A DNA stretch of 64,000 bases from Haplodiscus bocki. Lineage: Eukaryota. The stretch lies in assembly GCA_965655095.1 (NCBI GenBank), contig OZ296659.1, forward strand, positions 22,506,001 through 22,570,000. Direction: 5' to 3'. The position numbers and the translations under genes are program-made. Below the pieces are notes generated by a model. The model saw only the letters and a list, made by a program, of their open reading frames with translations. It ran no database searches and was not told the origin of the DNA. Of this stretch, positions 25,424-36,021 are shown piece after piece. Each line of letters opens with the position of its first letter. Positions within the stretch are counted from its first letter, which is position 1.

Positions 25424-28400
25424 TCAAGGTAATTTTAATTTGCCTTGGGGGTTGCAGTAGCCACAGAGGCAAAGTATACGCCATGTGCAGGATACCTTCT
25501 CGTTGTACTGATCTAAAAAGAACTTCCAGTAAGCTTCAAGTAGGTGTTCTTTGTCCATAGGTTCATTGAGTTGCTTCATGTGGCGAGAGAGGATGTTGTA
25601 TAGTTAACTGGCGCGGATTACGAAGTTTTCATCAGCTTTCTTCGTCCTCGTGGATGTTACGACCATTTCATTCCGATCACCCTGCCTGGTGTTCGAGCAG
25701 GGTCTCACAGACAATAATTCACAGTGTTCGATGTCCATCTTCTGTTCCAAAAGGTCGAGTAGGAAGAGAGCGTCGTGAAGCTCTATGTACAGAGATACCG
25801 GTAACAGTTTGCTTTTAATAAGTCTGCATTTGTAGCTGATGTCGTATCCATAGAACCAGGCTGTGGCTTGTTTCTGAACTTTTTCAAGTTTTTCCAATGA
25901 CCCGATGCTGGGGTGATACGCTTGCGATGCATACGTTAGCATTGGCATTACGTACCCTGTGTAGGCATGGATCTTGTTTTGAAAATTGCATTTCTTTGTA
26001 ACATTACGTCGGAATTTGAAAAGGGCCTTGAGGGCGTTTGCCGAGCGTCTTGAACAGTTTTCGTTCCATCCCAGACCGTTCTCCACAAAAAGACCGAGGT
26101 CCCTTTGAACTGATGGTTGATTGATGCTAACGTTATTCAACTGGGCAGACATGTCGCCCTTTATAACTAATAAGCTACACTTTTTCTCGTTGAGTTTCAT
26201 TTCGTTCAGCTCACACCATTCTTCAAGCTGTTTGGTACCGTTCTCCAACTCTTCTTGTTGCATGAAGATGAGTTTATAATCGTCTGCGTAGCCAAAACAT
26301 TCGGCGAATCTTTCTGGGAGGTTGTTAATGAATATTAGAAAAAGGAGGGGGCCGAGAATGGAGCCTTGTGGGACTCCGCTTGTTACCGCTAGGGGCGTTG
26401 ATATTGTATTCCGAATTTTAACAACCTGTTTGCGATCTGATAGGTAGCTGTGGACCAGTTTGAGGAACTTTCCACCAATACAGAATTTCTGGACCTTATC
26501 GAGGAGTCTCGAGTGCGGGACGGTGTCAAATGCTTTGGAGAAGTCTAGGTACAGGACACTAAGATTTTCTACCTCATTGTCGTCATTGTATTTGTATATC
26601 CGGTCCAGGAACAAAAGTAGTTGGAGGGTGGCTGACCTCTTCTTTCGGAAGCCAAACTGCTTCGTGTGCAGTTTTTCTTGAACTGGAGTATAAATTTCAT
26701 CGAATATGATTCTCTCGAGTACTTTTGAGATGCAACTCACTATAGTGTTGCATGTTGTATAGTTAACTGGCGCGGATTACGAAGTTTTCATCAGCTTTCT
26801 TCGTCCTCGTGGATGTTACGACCATTTCATTCCGATCACCCTGCCTGGTGTTCGAGCAGGGTCTCACAGACAATAATTCACAGTGTTCGATGTCCATCTT
26901 CTGTTCCAAAAGGTCGAGTAGGAAGAGAGCGTCGTGAAGCTCTATGTACAGAGATACCGGTAACAGTTTGCTTTTAATAAGTCTGCATTTGTAGCTGATG
27001 TCGTATCCATAGAACCAGGCTGTGGCTTGTTTCTGAACTTTTTCAAGTTTTTCCAATGACCCGATGCTGGGGTGATACGCTTGCGATGCATACGTTAGCA
27101 TTGGCATTACGTACCCTGTGTAGGCATGGATCTTGTTTTGAAAATTGCATTTCTTTGTAACATTACGTCGGAATTTGAAAAGGGCCTTGAGGGCGTTTGC
27201 CGAGCGTCTTGAACAGTTTTCGTTCCATCCCAGACCGTTCTCCACAAAAAGACCGAGGTCCCTTTGAACTGATGGTTGATTGATGCTAACGTTATTCAAC
27301 TGGGCAGACATGTCGCCCTTTATAACTAATAAGCTACACTTTTTCTCGTTGAGTTTCATTTCGTTCAGCTCACACCATTCTTCAAGCTGTTTGGTACCGT
27401 TCTCCAACTCTTCTTGTTGCATGAAGATGAGTTTATAATCGTCTGCGTAGCCAAAACATTCGGCGAATCTTTCTGGGAGGTTGTTAATGAATATTAGAAA
27501 AAGGAGGGGGCCGAGAATGGAGCCTTGTGGGACTCCGCTTGTTACCGCTAGGGGCGTTGATATTGTATTCCGAATTTTAACAACCTGTTTGCGATCTGAT
27601 AGGTAGCTGTGGACCAGTTTGAGGAACTTTCCACCAATACAGAATTTCTGGACCTTATCGAGGAGTCTCGAGTGCGGGACGGTGTCAAATGCTTTGGAGA
27701 AGTCTAGGTACAGGACACTAAGATTTTCTACCTCATTGTCGTCATTGTATTTGTATATCCGGTCCAGGAACAAAAGTAGTTGGAGGGTGGCTGACCTCTT
27801 CTTTCGGAAGCCAAACTGCTTCGTGTGCAGTTTTTCTTGAACTGGAGTATAAATTTCATCGAATATGATTCTCTCGAGTACTTTTGAGATGCAACTCACT
27901 AGGCTTATGGGCCTGTAGCACGTAACGTCTTTCTTGTCGCCATCTTTGAAAACTGGGCAGATCTGTCCGAACTTTCATTGATTTGGGTAGATCCGTTTGT
28001 TGATGATTGTTCGGAAGATTAGGGTCAGGGATTTGCTGAGGCCTTTGGCGGCGTTTCGGAGTAAGATATTCCCAATTTTATCTGGTCCTGACGACTTTCC
28101 AGTTTTCAGGTCTTCGAGCAGAGTTTCCACCCTTCTTTGGTTTATTCTGAACCAGTTTAGATTTTTGCGTGGCTACTTGGGCTGAAATTTGGTGTCTTTT
28201 TGGTTAAAGACACTAACAAAGAAGCTGTTGAACATGTCTGCACATTCCGACTCTGTTTTTCCGATCTTTCCCCTGTAATGAAACTCATTTAGCAGGGGCG
28301 GGCTTTTGCGTATGCACGACAGATATTTTTGGATTCGACTAAAATACCGAGTTCGAAGACAGTTTCTTCGTAGATTCTAAGATCTTCTTGACAGGCGGCC

Positions 28401-29457
28401 TCAATCTCTTTCTCCAGTCTTTTGATCTTGATTGAGTGTGCGACACTGAATTTCTTCTTCCGTCTTTTCTTGGTCTGGAGTATGTTCTTCAGGTGTGATG
28501 TGTGTTTCGATATCCAGGGTGCCTGTGATGCTCTGTGCGCGGTGACTTTTTCGAGTTTTTCATCCATGGTTTCGTTTAGCCAAGAGTACCATGTTTGTAT
28601 GAGGACATTGACGTTGCTGTAGCAGTAGGGCTGGAATGGGCGACACTCAGTGGCGTCCACAAAAGCATCCCAGTCTGCCATTTTCAGGCTATTTTGCTTG
28701 TGTTTCGGATCTAGGTATTTCCTTTCTATTTTTGTGTGCATTGTTGTTGAGTATGCGAGGTGGTCTGACACGTTGTACCTTGTTGAGATCTTTCTGTCTA
28801 TTTTGCAATCGAAAACGTCGTCATCGTTGTTACTAAGCAGAACGTCTAATTGACGTTCCGACGTTTGGTTGAGATGTTGACTGTATCCATGTTCGCACAA
28901 AAGATCCAGGATTGATTGTTCGTAATCATCCCTGGATTCCATTCAGTCCCAAGACGTCTTGCTAAAATTTATGTCACCAGTGATATTTGTTGTCTGGCAG
29001 TTCAGTTGTTCTTGATGACGCTCGAGCGAAGTCAGGAAGTTGTCGAATTTAGTTCGGGGCCATCCAAACGGGCTGTAGTTGGGAGGATTGTACACACAAC
29101 ACACTAGAAGTGGTTGTTCGGTTTGAACCAACACTGCAATGATCTCTTCCGACTGGTGTTTGGAGTGACTTCATGTGGAATACTTCTTCTTACTGCAACT
29201 AGGACTCCTCCGTGAATTGTTATCATAGAGGAGCTGGTTCTATCGGTTCTGTAGATTGCGTATTCCTTGAGAAAGAGCGCGGTGTTTGGGACATCCGATG
29301 TGAGCCAAGTTTCGGTGACACACAGCATGTCGTAGTCAGATGTGCAGATGGCATTTGCAAAGAGAGTGCACCTTTCAAGTTTGAGAATACTTCTCACGTT
29401 GAAAGTTAAAATGTGCAGAGTTTTTGTAGTTTCTGTTCTTGACTCTCCGGAAACTAG
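25424..29457 (-). pseudogene. LINE-A ORF2 (AP endonuclease + reverse transcriptase), disrupted, with internal duplication
   Basis: ORF-track pieces 29104-29580, 28943-29134, 28289-28942, 26763-27899, 25604-26740; C-terminus CTWRILCLCGYC; stop at 25424. Confidence 0.9.
25593..27901. repeat. Direct tandem duplication of 1150 bp (25593-26742 = 26752-27901) separated by a 9-bp filler
   Basis: Identical 378-aa and 73-aa ORFs offset by 1159 bp; junction read directly. Confidence 0.95.
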
Positions 29458-30334
29458 TCGTTTGTTCTCTTCAACTGTCGAGACAGTCGTCCAGACACCT
29501 TCGACTAGTTGTTGGAGCTTCAAATTTCGTATTCTCAAGGTTTGAGAGACTACTCCCTTTTTGATGAGGTCTCTCCTCAATTTAAGAGCCTCGTTTTTTT
29601 GCCATATCTTCCTTTGTCAGTTCGTGACTGATGAAGATCGTGCTGTTCAGTTCAGTGTATGTCTTTAGTTTGTGTGCCGACTTTATCATGACCTCTTTGT
29701 CAAGATCGTTGTCTAGGTCGATAATGACAGTGCGGGGCCCTTTGTCTGGATTTGGTTGTCCAACTCGGGTGAGCTTCGTTAGCGCTGAGCGAATGTCCAG
29801 ATGGTCTAGGATCCTTTTGACCTTTTCTCGGTCCTTCAGTTTGTCTTCCTTGCCATCTTCTGGTTCAGGGAGACCTTTGATGAGTATACCCAGGCTATCT
29901 TTTGCTGGTTTATAGACTCTTTTTCCTGGGGCTTTGTTTCCGACGACACTTGCGTAACTTCCTGTGCAGTTTGTCTCGGTTGCAGGTTTCTTCATGTTAG
30001 CCACTTCTGTCTTGAGGTCTTCAACTGCTGCTGCTGACTTCTCCATAGATAGAAAGAAGTCGCTCATTCGTTTCTCAGGGGATTTTACATTTGCTGCCAA
30101 GTCGTCGTTGTTGTTCTTAATGGCAGCACTGTTACTGGGGGCTTGTGACTTTTTGCTTTTGCAATCGTTGCACACTATTAACAGGTTTTGCTTCAGTTCT
30201 ACCAGAACCTTGATTTGGTCTTCTTCGAATCCTGTGCACGTTTAGTTCATGTGCATACTGTAGCCACAAAAGTAGCATACGAATGCATTCTTTTGTGACC
30301 CAACTTTGAGATTACAGGATTTGCAGTTGGTCAC
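29458..30334 (-). pseudogene. LINE-A ORF1 (PHD finger, coiled coil, RRM-like region)
   Basis: CKSC-CYFC-H..C-CNDC; SYASVV; ILIKGLPE...RVG...PRTVII...IFISHELT; one stop and one frameshift. Confidence 0.85.
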
Positions 30335-30549
30335 GGTTTTCGAAGTATGTGATTTGTCGATTCAGTTGGGGATTGATGTGAGATGCCAAAAAACAGATGA
30401 GTGATCTCTTCTTGAAACCTTAAGGTATCTGCGGAGATCTAGGTGGACCTGTTTCAGGTTGGGATGCGTGAGACGAGGAATAGGCCGTCTACTATTACTA
30501 GTATCTTCAAAACCTTAAGGTAGATTTGATACTTTTAGAGTCGACTTAC

Positions 30550-31176
30550 CTAACTCGGGGGGTTGAAGTGTCCGCAGAGACAATCTGGCTGCTTGGCGTT
30601 TCCGCAAACGGTGACTTTCCGAAGTCGTTTCTTGTCCTGTTCAATATCATACAGCCTGTACAGAATCTTCTGTTTGAGAAGTTTTTTCAGGTTTTTGAGG
30701 CCCTCGTCAGTGAGATGGACAGAGTCTTCAGAGATATGGTGGGACCAGATGCATTTCGACACACTTCTGTACTTCCAGTCTGCCTTGGTACTGAAGCGCT
30801 CGAGTATCTCATTGACCTTGGCTGTCCGTTCTTTTTTGTTGTGGCGCTCGGAGATGCCGATTACGTGGATCAGCCCCGTTCTGGGGACTATCATGTCGGC
30901 CAGTGTCTTCAAGTCTTCAGCTATCTGTTGAGGTGACTGTTCAGACAAGGCTCCGCCCTTTAAGAAACAGTTGTTGCCACCAATGAACAGCGATACTGAC
31001 TTGTAATTCCCTTGAGAGGGAAGAAAGTCGTAGACGTTTCGGATCTTGCCACCTGGTAGAGACAGCTAGTTCACAACTCCACTGTTGAGGCAGGTCTTGT
31101 TCTTCTCGCTGTGTGTCTGCGAGTCAGATATCAACAGATGCTCACTGTCAGCTTCGTAGTTGACGTGAAATCTCAT
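30550..31176 (-). pseudogene. LINE-A ORF0: SGNH/GDSL esterase-like protein, 208 codons with one premature stop (31066-31068)
   Basis: Blocks LLISDSQ (I), SLPGGK (II), LFIGGNN (III), EDSVHL (V); C-terminal CGNAKQPDCLCGH. Confidence 0.8.
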
Positions 31177-31479
31177 TGATGGCCAGATAAGACGAGCAGG
31201 ACTTCCGTTGAAACCTTAAGGTATCTTTTGAAGTATATGTGAGACATTAAAAGGGCCACCACGGCTGCCCTTGCAACTTCAATCTGAAAACACACTATTT
31301 ATTAGTGAAAACACACTATATAATCAAGAAATTAGTCCAGGAATCCAAAACAAGAAACTCAGAACTACTATTCGTTCAGAATTTCAGCATCCAAAAACCA
31401 TTAAATTGACCTGTTAAGACTCAAAAATCGAAAAATTCCATCCAATATTTTTTTGATTTAGTTTCGGCTGTTTCCGTTT

Positions 31480-34400
31480 CATCTTCGTGATTCTGACGTA
31501 TGCCAAGAAACTTGTTGTGGGGAATTCGCAGCTATAGCTGGAGGGCTCAGTGCGTCAGTCATCGTTTTAAAATAATGTCCTTGTTGCAGCACGTGGGGCA
31601 GTCGCTGGAGACCTGCCAAGTGCACACGTTTGATTCTGAACATATTTGATTGACAAATTTCCACAACAATTTTAGAAGCCTGTTCTTCAGTACTTGCGGG
31701 TTCATGAGTCGATATAGTCGTCCGAACGATTGAGGAGTGTGCAATTTCTGAACACGAACTCAATTCCTGCTTTCTCTGTTCGTGTCTTCCAAAGTTTGAA
31801 GATTTCACTTTTTCATCCTCTTATTTCGGGTCTCTCGGGTAGGCCGATGCTGGTTCCCATTTCTTCGTGTCTGATTTTCGATAACAGCAGTATATCGTTC
31901 AGTTGTAGAAACACTGTTAGCGGCAGGATGTTCAGGAATCGCAGTTGGCTGAGATAACTCATTGTCTTATTCTCGGTTACCCACCTCAATACTTTCATCT
32001 GGAAATTTTCTTCTAGGTGACCTGCTCTTGATGCGAAGACACATGAGAAACCGTGCAACAGGACTGGCAAGATGAGAAACTGGCACAGGCCTAGTTTTAC
32101 AAGTGGCTGTACTTTCACTGCAACGTTCCTGCGGAGAAGGTATAGCACTTTATTGGCTTTCCTCAATCGCTCTTCGATGTGAATTTTCGAGGTTAGGTTA
32201 TCAGAAACATGGATGCCGATATCTTTTACAGTCTTTGAGCGATCTAGTTTATGATCCATGATGTTGAGATTTCGGTCACTGCCTCGCACACTTGTCCATT
32301 GCGAGCTCCATTCTGTTCTTTTTGGCCCATTCTTCAATCCTATCCAGATCATCCTGTGTTTCCCAGCATGATTTCTTGATTGAGAGTACTTTGAAGTTGT
32401 CCGCAAAGATTAATGGCTCAGAAAATGTTAGAACTTCCGATAGATCGTTTATAAATATGCAGAACAGCAACGGACCAAAGAACGACCCTTTGGGGTACTC
32501 TATTTGTAACATCTAGAGTTCTAAGACACATTTGTCGATTCTTACTAACTGCTTGCGATTTTGAAGATAATTGATCAGGATTTCAAGTAGACACCCACCA
32601 ACCCAGATTTGGCCTACTTTTTGGAGGAGTTAATAATGCGGCACTCTATCAGAGGCTTTAGAGAAGTCAGTGTAGAAGGCCACAATTTCGGTGTTTGGGT
32701 CGCTATCCAGCGTTTCATGTGTGTTTTTGAGAAAGAACAACATGTTCGAAAGAACGGGTCCGTGCTTCACAAATCCATATTGATATTTGGTAAGATAGGT
32801 GGATTGGTTTTGGAGAGCTATATAGATGCATTCTCCAAAAATTTTGCTTTCAATGTACTCGTGATCTCGAAATGTGGCGCGAGTGAATCGTCAGATAACT
32901 TCGGATTGCGAACAGGTTCTATCGGTCCCGGTGTTGAAAAGGAGTTTTACTGAATGCTTTATTTTACTTCGACCACTTGGTGTTTTGGAGTAGTTAGAAA
33001 ACAAGAAGTGAGTTTAACAAAAAGAACAAAACATCAGAATTTAATGTCAAACATTCAAAGTTCAGTCAGACAGAAATCTCCGATCAATTGGTTTGAAACT
33101 TCTTCAACTCAAAATGATGAAATTGAATATGTCACAAATGTCCAGTAGAGAAACTGGTTGGTAGTTACTGACCTTCCGTATATCTCAACTTTTGTGAATT
33201 GGCGTAACTGCAGCCGTCTTCCAACTATCAAGAAGTTCTCTTGAACTTTTGAAGTTCTTGAAGAACTTGTTCAGAATATTGCTGATTTCTCTGGAGGTCC
33301 TGTGGAAGAACGCTGGAGGAAGGCCATTCGGCCCACGGGACTTTGTTACATCAATCGGGTTGACTATTTTACGGATTGTTCGCTTCGATATATCAATTTG
33401 TCCAAATAAGTTTCTCTCTTTTGTTATCGGTTATGCTGAATTTTTGTTTGGGAGAGAAAACTGATTGGAAGAATTCATTCAACATTTCAACTTCTTCATT
33501 GAGATTTGTGCTGCTGATGTTTCAGCTGATCAAGATTTCCGTTAGGCTGGGCGATTTGTTCAGGCATTTCAAGTGCTTGAAGATTTCATCAGTGTTCCGT
33601 GTGCTTAGCAGCTTTTTTGATACTCTGTCCGGTCTTGCTGTGAAGAATCAGTTACAGGCTTCTAGAGTTTTTGATCTTGTGTCTTCCGGTAACTGGTGGG
33701 CTTTCTTTCGAGCAGAGCTTTCCGCGTTTTCAGCTATTCCAGAAGATTAGATGTGTGGCTGGTAATCCACGGTGCTAGACATTGTCTGTGTGGTTTCCGT
33801 CTTGGGACATAACTCTCTATGATTTGATCAAGATACTGGTTGAGTTCGCCGCATAATTTGTTAATGTTCTTGTGAAATGGGTTGGAATGGATTGACTGCA
33901 AGGTAGTAAATGATGCCTTCATAGTTCGCTTTTCCAAAACGTCTCAAGTTCTGGAGTGCTGGTTTACTTTCAGTGACAGGACAATCTAACGTGGTGTGGG
34001 CTGCTTCGTGGGTCGTGCAATTGTATAAAATGGGAAAATATAGATTTTTCTCCGAAGAAACAAAACATTTTCGGTAGAACGGTACATCTAGTATTCTGAG
34101 AGCAGGTCGGGATTTCTATGGCTTGTCTGAACAGAGCTTCCTCAAATATTCTTAGGATTGAGTTCTTTTTCTCGCTAAAACTGCTGTTTGTCTTCCAGTT
34201 GATTCCAACGAAATTCAGGTTACCACAGCCTATGGCCTACTTGCTTTTTAGAATGCTTTTCAGGAGTTGTTGGAAACCTTCCACGGATCACTACTTCCGA
34301 TGTATTTTGTTTTATTCTGCTAGCTACGCATGAGTTGGGAAAGGGCGTTTTGTTTTGCTAAGAAAAGAGGTGTGTTTTGACGACTATTGGTGAGCCATCC

Positions 34401-35820
34401 TGGGAAGTTTTTAACTCCGTCTAGTTCTCGGTCTTCTCGATAGATCTTGTAGTTGTTCGGGAGGAATTCTGTTGATTTGATATTATATTTAGTCATGTTT
34501 CGTACAGACATATCACGTTTTTCGATATCAAGACTGCATGGGAAAACTTCATTCACCTATCTAGGTTAATGAGACTCCTGGTGTTTAACTGAGGAAGGTT
34601 GAGAAATCCCGTCCGTCGGACAGGGCTCCCTCAGTCTTGATTTCCACTTTCTGTCCTTCATTGAACAAATCCAGGTTGCGGATTGTCAGCTTCTATGTAG
34701 GTACCCCTTGATCCAGGAGTTCTCTCCTCCTCTTCAGAATTAGATTCTCTTTCAGAGCATCTTCTTTCGACGGAGCAGGTAATATAGACACTCCTTTTTG
34801 TTTCAACTTTTCCCGATGTTCACGACTTTTTGCCAACGTCAGGTGTGCTTCATGTTCATTTCGCAATGTTAGCAGCAGCGTTCGTGGTTTCTTCCGTTCG
34901 GCATCAAACTGTCCCCCAGTCTTCTGAGCTCGACGATGCTGGTTTTGACTCCCATTGTGTCCAGGATATCGTTCACTTCGGCATTTGTCGGGAAAAAATT
35001 TTATCTTTTGCTTTTACTGGCGTCCTCTGGTACCCCTGAGTTCGCAAGCTTTGAATGATGTTCTGGTTTGTCTTTCTTTTGTTAACTTTTTGTGAGGCAT
35101 TGGTGTTACCTGTCTCAGTGGTCAGTGGACTTCTGCACGGTGACTACGGCAGCGTACGTTCTTTTCCACTTTTTCACTGGTTGTCTTCATAGCTTCACCG
35201 ACTTTTTGATCCACTAGGTCTGTCAATCTTTTCTCTGTGTTCTTCAACTTGTCAACCATATCGAAGGTAGTTAGTTACTCCGAAACACTCGTTAGCGTTC
35301 TGCGTCGTATGAAATTGTCACGTTCATTAATTTCAACGAATGTGTTGCACAATAGCATTACGTTCACTCACAATGCTTTGATGCCATTGATAGCTGCAGT
35401 TGACAAAGCGGTGCATTCGGGGGTAAGGTGCATGTGGCAGTTACACGGTACGCACATGTATGTCTTTTTACTACTAGAACTGACTTCTTGCAGATTTCGT
35501 AATTTCTTCCCATGATTTCAGTTATCGTTTTTTTCTTCTGGTCTGTGCCAAGGAAGTTGATCACTAGGACTCTGCAAAAAAAAAAATTGTTGACAAATGG
35601 GGCTCAAAAAGCAAGATTTGTTCAAATTCTTTGACTTACTCAGATCGATTTCAGTCTTTGATTCTCTGTTCTTTGCTTTTGATATGGGCTCTGCTTCTTC
35701 TTGATGATCGTTTTAAGGTTGCTACCGTATCTTCGAACAATAGTCAGTGTCTTGTTCTCGAGACAGGGTCGTAAATGAAGTTTGCTGTTTCAAAGGGGCC
35801 ACCACAACTGCCCTGGTTTT
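31480..35820 (-). mobile_element. LINE-B: decayed CR1/L2-group LINE (PHD ORF1 + APE-RT ORF2)
   Basis: ORF1 ATG 35513, CVPCNCHMH..EC; APE LNTRSLINL; PWITSHTS; PKGSFFGPLLFCIFINDL, FADN; C-terminal CTWQ..DCPTC; 3' limit approximate. Confidence 0.88.
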
Positions 35821-35821
35821 T

Positions 35822-36021
35822 NNNNNNNNNNNNNNNNNNNNNNNNNNNNNNNNNNNNNNNNNNNNNNNNNNNNNNNNNNNNNNNNNNNNNNNNNNNNNNN
35901 NNNNNNNNNNNNNNNNNNNNNNNNNNNNNNNNNNNNNNNNNNNNNNNNNNNNNNNNNNNNNNNNNNNNNNNNNNNNNNNNNNNNNNNNNNNNNNNNNNNN
36001 NNNNNNNNNNNNNNNNNNNNN
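35822..36021. other. Assembly gap (200 N)
   Basis: Run of N. Confidence 1.

Larger units (their letters stand above)
25345..31272 (-). mobile_element. LINE-A: full-length CR1/L2-group non-LTR retrotransposon with three ORFs (SGNH esterase ORF0, PHD ORF1, APE-RT ORF2), inactivated
   Basis: 5' hairpin motif at 31251-31272; PHD C4HC3; APE TFNVRS, CVTETWL, GDIN, SDH; RT LDFSKAFD, GVPQGS, YADD; 3' palindrome ttcccatgggaa and short (CTA)n tail at ~25345. Confidence 0.92.

Noticed and set aside
25604-27899. Two separate functional 378-aa reverse transcriptase genes
   Set aside because: They are an internal duplication of one disrupted ORF2; both start mid-domain at a GTG and end at the same premature stop.
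31200-31290. HDV-like ribozyme at the LINE 5' end
   Set aside because: Only a simple hairpin is visible; I could not build the nested double pseudoknot.
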